A stretch of 64,000 nucleotides of DNA, taken from the NCBI GenBank assembly GCA_964623495.1, contig CAZUTV010000001.1, forward strand, positions 44,682 to 108,681, in the 5' to 3' direction. The stretch is from Candidatus Woesearchaeota archaeon. GTDB taxonomy: Archaea; Nanobdellota; Nanobdellia; Pacearchaeales; GW2011-AR1. The notes beneath the pieces are model-generated. The model did no database searches, was not told where the DNA came from, and saw only the letters and a list, made by a program, of their open reading frames with translations. The translations under genes were made by a program, and so were the position numbers. This document shows positions 19,843 to 28,627 of this stretch, in pieces (positions within the stretch are counted from its first letter, which is position 1; each line of letters opens with the position of its first letter).

Positions 19843-19843
19843 A

Positions 19844-20113
19844 ATGACTGAGTTGAATATAATAAACGAAAAAGAAAACCCGCTATTCAAAAGAAAGGAA
19901 GTTAAGGTGGTTCTTGAGGCAGAAAAAGCATTGAGTAAAGATGAGGCTGCAAAAATTATTGCTAATAGCTTTTCAGCGAAGCCGGAGAGCATTGCAATAA
20001 AAAAAATAAGCGGAAAATTTGGGGTTAATACTTTTAAGATAGATGCAAACCTCTATCATTCAGAGGAAGACAAATTAAAGACAGAACCTAAACCAAAGGA
20101 AAAAAAGAAATAA
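19844..20113 (+). CDS. rps24e: 30S ribosomal protein S24e
   Basis: NPLFKRKEVKVVLEAE S24e signature. Confidence 0.85.
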   Translation: MTELNIINEKENPLFKRKEVKVVLEAEKALSKDEAAKIIANSFSAKPESIAIKKISGKFGVNTFKIDANLYHSEEDKLKTEPKPKEKKK

Positions 20114-20319
20114 TGGCAAAGAAAGGCGAAAAAAAAGGCAAAAAACCGCATAAGAACAAACCTACCAGCAAGAAGTATAAAATGTACAAGATCGAAGGCG
20201 ATAAAATTACAAGAGAAAGAGCTTGCCCTAGGTGCGGGCCAGGAATATTTTTAATGAAGGCAAAAGACAGAGTTTACTGTGGAAAATGCCATTATTCTGA
20301 ATTTGCAAGTAAGAAATAA
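20113..20319 (+). CDS. rps27ae: 30S ribosomal protein S27ae
   Basis: C4 zinc ribbon CPRCGPG...CGKC with Lys-rich N-terminus. Confidence 0.85.
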   Translation: MAKKGEKKGKKPHKNKPTSKKYKMYKIEGDKITRERACPRCGPGIFLMKAKDRVYCGKCHYSEFASKK

Positions 20320-20433
20320 TTATCTCTTGATCAATACAGCCAGCAGCCCTCTTTGGCGTACAATTCTTCTTTCAAATACTCCCACAGTCTCGTTTCCAAT
20401 ATAAAAATCAGCTCCTTGGGCATTTAATTCTCT

Positions 20434-20616
20434 TTATTTTTCAGCTCTTCTTGAAGCAGTAATGTTATATACCCCTCTATAACCTTGTGCAACTTGTGTT
20501 GGGTATAGCTCTTCTGTAGCCTCTCTTATTAGCTCTTTTGTAGTATTAATGTGCCTGTTGCTTTCTCTAAAATAATTGCCAACAGAAATTGCTCCTCGCT
20601 TGTTTCCAGTACTCAT
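20434..20616 (-). CDS. hypothetical small protein
   Basis: ORF only. Confidence 0.3.
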   Translation of the reverse strand: MSTGNKRGAISVGNYFRESNRHINTTKELIREATEELYPTQVAQGYRGVYNITASRRAEK

Positions 20617-20664
20617 TTAAGGATTTGATATTATTACTTTAAAAATGTATCTTGAAAAAATAGT

Positions 20665-21024
20665 CTATTCCTTTACACTATGCCCTAATTCACTCAATTG
20701 AAGCCAAACAAAAACAGAACTAAACAATGAATTTTTAGATATTATAAAATTTTTAATTTCTAAGCAAATTTCATCTTGATTTTTTACTCTTTCAGGATAT
20801 GAATAAGCTTTTATTGTAACTTCTATCTCTGCTATTGGCAACTGATATTTTGGGACAATAACTTGTATGCTAATCTCTTCTGGTTTAAGCTCCCTACTGC
20901 TACCCGTAAGTTTTTTAGCTATAAACTCTCTCAACTCTGGAAGAATGTTCTTTAGTCCCTTGGCTTTATCTTCATTAACTATATTTATTATAACTGATGG
21001 CATAAAAAGATTAGAAGTCCACAA
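20665..21024 (-). CDS. hypothetical protein
   Basis: ORF only. Confidence 0.35.
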   Translation of the reverse strand: MWTSNLFMPSVIINIVNEDKAKGLKNILPELREFIAKKLTGSSRELKPEEISIQVIVPKYQLPIAEIEVTIKAYSYPERVKNQDEICLEIKNFIISKNSLFSSVFVWLQLSELGHSVKE

Positions 21025-21099
21025 CTTAAATGTTTTTCTAAATATGATTGCGAGGGAGCAGATATTAAAGAATAAATGCTTATTCCTCGACTTCTTTTT

Positions 21100-21208
21100 T
21101 GAATATTTTGAGTATAATGTGTAAAATGGGGTTTTAGCTAAACCCTGGGATAGATACTTCAGGACTCAAAAAGTTTCCCGAAGCCTCTATCCTGGGGAAA
21201 AAGAGGTG
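21100..21208 (-). ncRNA. candidate small structured RNA downstream of an orphan TATA-like element
   Basis: Minus strand: long stem CCCAGGATAGA...TCTATCCCAGGG, second hairpin GGGTTTAGCTAAAACCC, then a U-rich tract; no ORF; promoter-like motif at 21227-21245. Confidence 0.25.
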
Positions 21209-21226
21209 ATAAAATATAGATATCTT

Positions 21227-21245
21227 ACTAGTATTTAAACCTTTC
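21227..21245. promoter_or_regulatory. BRE/TATA-like element ACTAGTATTTAAACCTTTC (orphan copy)
   Basis: Near-identical to motifs upstream of the minus-strand genes at 44519 and 51115. Confidence 0.35.
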
Positions 21246-21501
21246 GTTTCTGTAACTATTCTAAAATGACATAAGGTTTTTCACCTGGAGTTACGATAGG
21301 GTGTTTAACTCTTAAGTGTCCTGTGTCTTCTTTAGTGGGACGAACCCTTTATATACTTTTAATATTTAACCACTACATTAATATATATTTAGTAACTACT
21401 CTATTGTTTTATTCTTAATCTTTATAAAACCCTCTTGCTTTTAATCATTACGGAGGAAAGAGGAAACTAAAATTTCCACATCTGTCTTATAGACAATCCA
21501 A

Positions 21502-22389
21502 ATGGGAGAGGAAAACAACATCAAACCCAATATAAAGCAAGACCAAATCCACGATTTATTATTCAACAGAGAAATTGGGTGGCAGGAAATAATCTATGAT
21601 CTAATCAATACAGAACAGTTAGATCCGTGGGATATTAACCTTGTGGTTTTAACTGATGGATATCTGGCAAAAATAAAGGATCTGGAAGAAGCTGATTTCT
21701 TTATCTCAAGTAAGGTTCTTTTAGCAGCCTCACTTTTATTAAGAATCAAATCAGAAATTCTCTTAAATAAGTATCTTAAAAACATTGATGAAATTCTCTT
21801 TGGCAGAGAAGAAAAAAAGAAAGCCGGTTTGGAGAGGATTGAATTAGAGGATGAAATTCCAGAGCTTGTTCCTAGAAGCCCATTGCCAAGATTCAGGAAA
21901 GTAACTCTTCAGGAGCTTATGGATTCTTTGAACCAGGCAATTAACACAGAGAACAGAAGAATAAACAAGGAGATAATAAAGAAGAATGCATTAAGGGAAG
22001 CAGGAATCTCGCTTCCAAAGCGAAGATTTTCCATAAAAGACAAAATCCAGGAGATTTATAACAAACTTTTTACTCACCTTAAGGACGATAGTATAAAGAA
22101 AAAGATAAGCTATACCGAGCTTATTGGAGATGATAAAGAAGAAAAGTTAATAGCTTTCTCCCCACTTTTGCACCTCGAGAATCAAAAGAGGATTTGGCTT
22201 GACCAGGAAAAGCATTTTGATGAAATTTATGTCTGGCTTAAGGAAACCTACTGGAAGCACAATCCAGACCCATTTGCAGACTTAAAGAAAGAACTTGAAG
22301 AAGAAATTGAAAACTTAGATGAAGAAGGAAAAAAGCGTCTTGAAAAAGTTAATGAAGACTTTAAGAGTCCTTTAGGGGATTTTGATTAA
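21502..22389 (+). CDS. scpA: segregation and condensation protein A-like kleisin (ScpA)
   Basis: N-terminal LDPWDINLVVLTDGYL resembles the ScpA N-terminal helix; charged central region; C-terminal winged-helix-like. Confidence 0.6.
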   Translation: MGEENNIKPNIKQDQIHDLLFNREIGWQEIIYDLINTEQLDPWDINLVVLTDGYLAKIKDLEEADFFISSKVLLAASLLLRIKSEILLNKYLKNIDEILFGREEKKKAGLERIELEDEIPELVPRSPLPRFRKVTLQELMDSLNQAINTENRRINKEIIKKNALREAGISLPKRRFSIKDKIQEIYNKLFTHLKDDSIKKKISYTELIGDDKEEKLIAFSPLLHLENQKRIWLDQEKHFDEIYVWLKETYWKHNPDPFADLKKELEEEIENLDEEGKKRLEKVNEDFKSPLGDFD

Positions 22390-22830
22390 TTACTCTGCTA
22401 GTCGGTATAACGCTGTCCTAATTCTCTCTAGTCTTGTTTCTGGAGGCCTGACATCTATTGAATAAACCCATTCTCCAAAATCTTTATCCACATAAATGCT
22501 TGCCCAAAAATCAGGAGTATTTATGGTTAAACTATCTCTTGATCCAAGGTGTCTGTCTCCAGACTCTTTTTGTGCAGAGATTCTATAATCCCGGCCATCA
22601 ATTGTCCTTGAAAATTCTGCTCGGTCATACTCCTTGCTTCCTGTTCTACTAGGTAAAAGCCTACGTGCAAGATAATATAAACTTCTTACCTGCTTATCTT
22701 TTTCCTCTTGTTGAGCCAGCTCTGCTTCTCTTACAGCTCTTAATCGAGCCCTTTTTTCTTTAAATCTGGCTATAAGACCCATGCATTTAGCATAAAATTT
22801 GCGTTTATAAAACCTCTTATTTTCAATCAA
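22390..22830 (-). CDS. hypothetical Arg-rich protein
   Basis: ORF; composition differs from neighbours. Confidence 0.4.
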   Translation of the reverse strand: MIENKRFYKRKFYAKCMGLIARFKEKRARLRAVREAELAQQEEKDKQVRSLYYLARRLLPSRTGSKEYDRAEFSRTIDGRDYRISAQKESGDRHLGSRDSLTINTPDFWASIYVDKDFGEWVYSIDVRPPETRLERIRTALYRLAE

Positions 22831-22860
22831 TCTTAAAAACCCCCATTTCTTCCCCCAACC

Positions 22861-23529
22861 ATGAAACTCGGGGTTTTATTTTCCGGAGGAAAGGATTCAA
22901 CTTATGCAGCATGGCTTGCAAAAAAGCAGGGAAATGAATTGGTATGCTTAATGTCTTTATTCTCTCAAAATCCAGATTCTTTCATGTTTCACACGCCTTC
23001 AATAACCAAGGTTAAAAAACAGGCAGAAGTCATGGGCTTGCCCTTATTAGTTCAGAAGACAAAAGGTGAAAAAGAAAAAGAATTAGCCGACTTAGAGAAA
23101 ATACTCAAAGAAGCAATAAAAAAATACAAAATTCAGGGAGTTGTAAGTGGCGCACTTGCCTCCCAGTATCAGTATGATAGAATCGGAAAGATATGTGAAA
23201 AGCTGGGGATTGAATCATTCACTCCTTTATGGAAAAAAGACGAGTTAGAGTATCTAAATGAATTATTAAAAGCCAAATTCAAAATCATAATTATAGGGGT
23301 TGCAGCCTATCCCCTAGATGAAAAATGGCTTGGAAAAGAAATCAATAGGGATTTTATTGCTAAAGTAATTGACTTAAATAACCGGAATAAAATTCATATT
23401 GCCGGAGAAGGCGGGGAATTTGAGTCTTTCGTCCTTGATTGCCCTTTGTTCAAGAAACCATTAAAGATTAAAGACAAGAAAATTTCGGGCAAAGGCAACT
23501 CTTGGAGAATGGAGATTGAAATAGAGTGA
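22861..23529 (+). CDS. PP-loop ATPase of the MJ0570/Dph6 family (diphthine-ammonia ligase-like)
   Basis: SGGKDS PP-loop; GEGGEFESFVLDCPLFKK matches the Dph6-family EGGEYETFTLDCPLF motif. Confidence 0.75.
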   Translation: MKLGVLFSGGKDSTYAAWLAKKQGNELVCLMSLFSQNPDSFMFHTPSITKVKKQAEVMGLPLLVQKTKGEKEKELADLEKILKEAIKKYKIQGVVSGALASQYQYDRIGKICEKLGIESFTPLWKKDELEYLNELLKAKFKIIIIGVAAYPLDEKWLGKEINRDFIAKVIDLNNRNKIHIAGEGGEFESFVLDCPLFKKPLKIKDKKISGKGNSWRMEIEIE

Positions 23530-23988
23530 TCACCTCTTCAAAGCAAAAAACCATCTAAGATCCTTTTCAAATTCAGTTTTCCAAATTTTTTTGAAATAAG
23601 TTATCTTAAACTTATGGTCTGGAGAGCTCCACGGGTCATACAAATGAATTAATCCTCCTTCTATTTTTCTAATAATAGAATAATGGTCTTCATCTTCTGC
23701 AGGATTATTATAGCAAACAATAATAATCCACTTATTTTTATGCAATTTTTTTAAATCAGAAATCTTTCCCTTCCTTTCTACAAGATAGTTGATCCTGTAT
23801 TTTTCAGCAATCTTTGGGAATTCCTTCTCATGAGTTCCCATAACTTTGTTTGTTCCAAGAAGCCTTGCCATCTGTTTCTCTGTTTTTCTTATTCCGAGCT
23901 TCTCAAAAGCCATCCTCATACACGCAGCCCCGCATGTATAAGCCCTCTCTTGTTTATGGTACGGAAAAACCATGTTAATTATTGGCAA
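23530..23988 (-). CDS. papain-like (peptidase C39-like) cysteine peptidase domain protein
   Basis: YTCGAACMRMA catalytic Cys context and downstream His. Confidence 0.5.
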   Translation of the reverse strand: MPIINMVFPYHKQERAYTCGAACMRMAFEKLGIRKTEKQMARLLGTNKVMGTHEKEFPKIAEKYRINYLVERKGKISDLKKLHKNKWIIIVCYNNPAEDEDHYSIIRKIEGGLIHLYDPWSSPDHKFKITYFKKIWKTEFEKDLRWFFALKR

Positions 23989-24006
23989 GATTAATATAAA
24001 AATCTA

Positions 24007-24077
24007 TGGACCCGCCGAGAATTGAACTCAGGTCTCCTGACTGCCAGCCAGGCATAATACCACTATACTACAGGCCC
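24007..24077 (-). tRNA. tRNA-Ala (GGC)
   Basis: Acceptor with G3:U70 identity pair, anticodon loop CTGGCAG, T-loop TTCAATT. Confidence 0.85.
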
Positions 24078-24156
24078 GTGATGCACATTAAATAAAGATA
24101 TTCACTATTCATAAATTTTACCTAAGCTTTTTAAATTATAAAAAATTGATTCAAAG

Positions 24157-24402
24157 ATGTTAGTCAGTTTAATAAAAAAGGAGATGAATTACGAAATAGT
24201 CGCAGTTCTAGTGTTTATTGCTATCTCTGGATTATATCTTTTCGCTGTGCACGGCCCGGCGTATATAATAGACAACATGTTCCTTTCCATATTCTCTGCA
24301 TCCATAGTAATTCTTCTAACACTTTTAGTTGTAAAGATAATAGAACATGCACATTACAAGACAAAGAGCAAGTATAGTTATGTTGATTGGAGAAAACACT
24401 AA
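24157..24402 (+). CDS. small 2-TM membrane protein
   Basis: ORF plus hydrophobicity. Confidence 0.35.
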   Translation: MLVSLIKKEMNYEIVAVLVFIAISGLYLFAVHGPAYIIDNMFLSIFSASIVILLTLLVVKIIEHAHYKTKSKYSYVDWRKH

Positions 24403-25532
24403 ATTTTTAGTATAGATTCTTTTCCGCTTTTCATGTCCTTAACCATGAACTTTTTTGCTTTTACTTCCTTTTCACCAACGAAGATAACCTTTCCAATATT
24501 GTAAGCATTTGCATATTCAAGGGCCTTGCTTGGCTTTCCATAGTAGATACTTACAGCGCTTCCTTTAGATCTTAATTTGTCCGCAAGTTCAATTGCTTTC
24601 CTATCTTGTTCAAGAGAAACAATAAGATACCTTTCTTTATCTATTTTAAATTTTGATATCAAGGCCAGTCTGTCCAAACCAAAAGAAATTCCGGTACATT
24701 GAACATTATTAAAGATATAACTCCCTCCTGCAACGAGGGTTTCTTTTATTCCCTGAGCTTTAACCTCAAAAACATTTCCATTATAATAGCTTAAACCTCT
24801 AACAACTGTAGGTGAAAATTCGGCTTTTAGCCCATAAAGTCTGCAGTATTCCATTAAACCAAGTATTTCCTTATAAGATTCAAACTTGGAAAAGTATTTT
24901 TCTCCTTTTTTTAAGTTATCAAGAACTTTCTCGGCTTTTAGCTTCTTTAAATTTTCTTTAACTTCTTTTTCTGAGAGCTTGTCTATCTTATCAATTTCCC
25001 TTAAAACCTGGAACTTGTCCTTATCCTTGACCTGATTGTCTTCTAGAATTTCATTCAGTAATTTTCTGTTGTTAATAAGAATTATTGGCTTAATGTCAAG
25101 TTCAACCAATGCTTTATTCACCACTGCCAGAATTTCCGCTTCATCCTTAATACCTGACCCAATTGTATCTATGTCACACTGAATAAACTGCCTAAATCTA
25201 TTGCTAGATATGGGCTCGTCCCTAAAGACTGGCCCTATTTGGTATCTTTTGTAGGGGAGTTTTTTATTCTGCATAAGCCTCTTTAACTGAAAGGTAAATT
25301 CATATCTTAAAGCAAGCTTCCTTTCTCCCTTGTCTTTTAATTTAAAAATATCAGAAACAGCTTCGTCGCTTGCATTTTCTCCTTTGACAAATTCTTCATA
25401 TTCAAGTACAGGGGTCTCTGCAGGCTCAAATCCATATTTTTCAAAACACTCGACCAGGATTTTCCTTATTTTCTCCCTTTTTATGGCCTCTCCACCAGAA
25501 AAATCCCTGAAGCCTTTGACGGGATCAGTCAT
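24399..25532 (-). CDS. hisS: histidyl-tRNA synthetase
   Basis: Class II motifs GFRDFSG, RYEFTFQLKR and YQIGPVFRDE; C-terminal anticodon-binding domain present. Confidence 0.8.
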   Translation of the reverse strand: MTDPVKGFRDFSGGEAIKREKIRKILVECFEKYGFEPAETPVLEYEEFVKGENASDEAVSDIFKLKDKGERKLALRYEFTFQLKRLMQNKKLPYKRYQIGPVFRDEPISSNRFRQFIQCDIDTIGSGIKDEAEILAVVNKALVELDIKPIILINNRKLLNEILEDNQVKDKDKFQVLREIDKIDKLSEKEVKENLKKLKAEKVLDNLKKGEKYFSKFESYKEILGLMEYCRLYGLKAEFSPTVVRGLSYYNGNVFEVKAQGIKETLVAGGSYIFNNVQCTGISFGLDRLALISKFKIDKERYLIVSLEQDRKAIELADKLRSKGSAVSIYYGKPSKALEYANAYNIGKVIFVGEKEVKAKKFMVKDMKSGKESILKI

Positions 25533-25987
25533 TTTGTCTTCACCCAGATCTTTCTTTTGTTTTCACTGTCTCTCTTGATTATTTTAAACCTAAGTTTTTT
25601 CAGAATACTCTCTAGTCTAATCCTTAAATCATCGGTAATTGCGTTTATTTTTTTCAACTTTAATTTATTGAAAGCGTAATCCAGCAGTTCTTTTGTTGTC
25701 TGCGTTGCAATTCCTTTTCCCCTATACTCTGGCAGAATAAATACTGCAAGTTCGTCAAATCCCTTATCATTAAAGATTCCGGCAAATCCAACAAATCTGT
25801 CGTTGTAATAAACAGAAAACTTATGTATCTTCATTCTCCGGGAAACACCCTTTAAGGCTACTATAAAGTACCCTATTACACTCCTGGCAAACTCCTTTCT
25901 GGTTTTAGGGCTCAGCCTTACTTTCAAGAACCTTACATAATCCCCAAACTTAAAGGGTCTTATCTCAATTTTATTTTGTTTTTTCAT
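25529..25987 (-). CDS. GNAT-family N-acetyltransferase
   Basis: RGKGIATQ acetyl-CoA binding motif. Confidence 0.7.
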   Translation of the reverse strand: MKKQNKIEIRPFKFGDYVRFLKVRLSPKTRKEFARSVIGYFIVALKGVSRRMKIHKFSVYYNDRFVGFAGIFNDKGFDELAVFILPEYRGKGIATQTTKELLDYAFNKLKLKKINAITDDLRIRLESILKKLRFKIIKRDSENKRKIWVKTK

Positions 25988-26006
25988 TTTTGTTGCTTGT
26001 CCTTAA

Positions 26007-26903
26007 TTAATTAAGTTTTTTTGAATTTAATAAGGTTTCTTTAGCTGTTAAAAAGCATTCTTCTCCCAATTCTTCTCTATCTCTCACAAATAATAGAACA
26101 TCTCCTCTTCTGCCATAAACTTTTTTGTTTCCATCTTTTCCGATTAATATCCTTTCTTTAAGGATTTCAAAATCGCTAAAATCTCTGGATTTTGTAAATT
26201 TTCCATATTTATTCTTATACTGAAAAATAATTTTAAGGAATCTTTTCTTCTTTAAACGAGTTGTTCTATTTTTTATGGCTCCGGCTAAAGCTAAAAAATC
26301 TATCAATGCTGTTTTTGCCCTAAGCTCAGATTCAGAATCTTTCAAATACCCACACTCAACACAAATTCCAATTTTGTTTTGCAAGTTCATGTAATAATCT
26401 GTCGAACCTGGTTGAAATTCATCCCAGTTCCAGCTAATAATCTTCGGAGGGAGTTGCATAGCAAAACCAAAGCTTTGTGGTTGGCATATAACAAAAGGTA
26501 TTGATTTTGGAGTAAAACTCGCGTGTATATCCAGCATTAAATCAGCTCGATCTAAATAAGGCATTATCTCCCTTGCTAGTCTTCCTTCAAAACTCTTGAA
26601 TATTTCTTTGGGCTGTTTCTTTAAAAAACACCTATTAAGATTATATTCCATAAATCTTTTATTTTGTTTTATGGCTTCAAGATTTGCAATTATGAAAGTT
26701 ACTTTCCCTGCATTAATTTCTAAATTTGGAGCTAATTTTCCTATAACTCTTACGCCACAGACTTCATTTCCGTGTACTCCCCCTAGAACAACTATATTTT
26801 TTCCAGGCAGTCTTCCAAACTTTTCAATAACCTTAATGTTTGACTCTTCATATGGTAAATTAGGGGCCCCATAAGGGCCCCATAATAAATTCTTATCTTT
26901 CAT
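26007..26903 (-). CDS. succinylglutamate desuccinylase / aspartoacylase (AstE/AspA) family zinc hydrolase
   Basis: VLGGVHGNEVCGV zinc-binding motif. Confidence 0.7.
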   Translation of the reverse strand: MKDKNLLWGPYGAPNLPYEESNIKVIEKFGRLPGKNIVVLGGVHGNEVCGVRVIGKLAPNLEINAGKVTFIIANLEAIKQNKRFMEYNLNRCFLKKQPKEIFKSFEGRLAREIMPYLDRADLMLDIHASFTPKSIPFVICQPQSFGFAMQLPPKIISWNWDEFQPGSTDYYMNLQNKIGICVECGYLKDSESELRAKTALIDFLALAGAIKNRTTRLKKKRFLKIIFQYKNKYGKFTKSRDFSDFEILKERILIGKDGNKKVYGRRGDVLLFVRDREELGEECFLTAKETLLNSKKLN

Positions 26904-27411
26904 TTTCTAACGTCCTAGACAAATAAATTCTATCTTTATACTTTGGATCAAAAACTCCTGTGTTTTCAAATCCAAGTTTCCTAAATAGTGCCATTGAGGC
27001 TGTATTCCAGATATCTGTTCTTAGAGTAACTCTTTTCATTCCCTGTTCCCTAGCGACACGCAAGTACTCTTCTCCCAACAAAGAACCAACATTCTTCCTC
27101 CTGTTACTGCCACTTATGGCTATTTCATCCATGTAGCTGGCTTCCAAAGTACTGTCTTCACTCAACCACGGAAATTTTTCTATAGGTAGTCTATATCCCC
27201 CACTAAATCCTGCCAATCCCTTTCCCGCTTCAGCTACAAGAACAATATTGTCCATTTGAGAAAGAGCAAACTCCAAATCTTCTCTTACTTCTTTTGAAGT
27301 CCAAGACTCATTCCAAGGCGGCTCAGAAAAAGCAGATTGATAAACCTTTATAAGCTCAGGCAAATCGCTTTCCTTATAAGTTCTTATTGTTGGAGTGGTG
27401 AATACAACCAC
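26893..27411 (-). CDS. GNAT-family N-acetyltransferase
   Basis: GNAT fold motifs. Confidence 0.7.
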   Translation of the reverse strand: MVVFTTPTIRTYKESDLPELIKVYQSAFSEPPWNESWTSKEVREDLEFALSQMDNIVLVAEAGKGLAGFSGGYRLPIEKFPWLSEDSTLEASYMDEIAISGSNRRKNVGSLLGEEYLRVAREQGMKRVTLRTDIWNTASMALFRKLGFENTGVFDPKYKDRIYLSRTLENER

Positions 27412-27483
27412 GGTTTATTAGACCAGTCATTTTGACCTCCAAAAATTTAATTCAGAAACAAAGCGAGGCTTTGAGCATGCAAG

Positions 27484-27555
27484 GGCGGAAGGAGAGAATC
27501 GAACTCTCGTCTCTCGAGCCACAGTCGAGCGTACTGCCATTATACTACAACCGCC
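27484..27555 (-). tRNA. tRNA-His (GUG) with genomically encoded G-1
   Basis: Anticodon stem CTCGA/TCGAG, loop CTGTGGC; 8-bp acceptor including G-1:C73; two U-U oppositions at the stem base. Confidence 0.8.
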
Positions 27556-27707
27556 ATAATTTACATTAAGTGAAGTTGATATAAAAACATTCTCATTAAA
27601 GTTAAATAAGAAGCGACCGCTAGAAAAATCTTCTTGATTATATGTGCCGACAACCTCGGCTTATTGCTGTCATGAAAATTTTAATTAAATAGCGTATTTA
27701 AACTTAA

Positions 27708-28172
27708 CTAAACCTGATAAACGGTCTTTCTCGTGCAAACATGTTCTTTTCCTCTAGAATCTTTAAAATAAGCAAAAACTTCTATTTTAATGGGTATTGC
27801 TTCGGTATTTATTCCAGAAATGCTTTTAGAAACACTTTCTAAAGGGACTATATTCCCTGAAACATCTATAACCCCGCCGTTTTCTCCAACACCATCATAA
27901 AATATAACTTTTAATCCGGCAATTTCTCCTCCTCCTGCTTTTCTGGTAAAGGTAACTTTACAGGTATAATCTCCACCGCCAAAAACACATCCAGAGATAG
28001 AATTCGCAGTTACATCTATCTCAAGGCAATTGAAAGAGCTACCAGTTGTCTCAACTCCGCCTTGAATAACCTTATGAACCACGGCCCAAACAGTCCCTAT
28101 ATCTACAAGTACAAGAAGAATTATAATAAGGGTTGTTACAACCGTAGACAATCCTCTTTTTTTTGGTCTCAT
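27708..28172 (-). CDS. archaeal type IV pilin-like protein (class III signal peptide)
   Basis: MRPKKRGLSTVVTTLIIILLVLV N-terminus; the track ORF starts further upstream at an unlikely Met. Confidence 0.65.
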   Translation of the reverse strand: MRPKKRGLSTVVTTLIIILLVLVDIGTVWAVVHKVIQGGVETTGSSFNCLEIDVTANSISGCVFGGGDYTCKVTFTRKAGGGEIAGLKVIFYDGVGENGGVIDVSGNIVPLESVSKSISGINTEAIPIKIEVFAYFKDSRGKEHVCTRKTVYQV

Positions 28173-28179
28173 TTTAAGA

Positions 28180-28569
28180 CTAACTATTTTTTCCAAAACA
28201 GATATTGCATTTATTAGAAAATGACTTGTCCTGATTTTGATGGATCTTGCAGAGAGTTTTAGATTTCCTGAACTCAACGCAAAGTTTATAGACAACTTCA
28301 AAAGCATCTTTCTTTTTTTCAATTATTTCCTTGGCTGCTTTCATTATTTTAGTCTCTTGTTCTCTTGGAAACTTAACCTCTGCTCCCCTCTTTGACTTTG
28401 CATAATGGGATATTGTTGCCTCGCTTGTTCCAAAAATCTTAGCTATCTGCTTCTGGCTTAAATTATATTCTTTAATGAATATTTTAGTAAGTTCTCTTCT
28501 TAAGGCAGGAATAAGATACCATACTTCTATTTCCTGTGGCATAAGCTTGTTCATGTAAAAGCAAATCAA
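28180..28569 (-). CDS. HTH transcriptional regulator
   Basis: LSQKQIAKIFGTSEATISHY HTH; 7 nt upstream of the pilin gene. Confidence 0.5.
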   Translation of the reverse strand: MICFYMNKLMPQEIEVWYLIPALRRELTKIFIKEYNLSQKQIAKIFGTSEATISHYAKSKRGAEVKFPREQETKIMKAAKEIIEKKKDAFEVVYKLCVEFRKSKTLCKIHQNQDKSFSNKCNICFGKNS

Positions 28570-28627
28570 CGAGGGTATATAATTCTTTTCCCATAAAGCT
28601 TATAAAGTCTTAACTATTGTTAATTCT

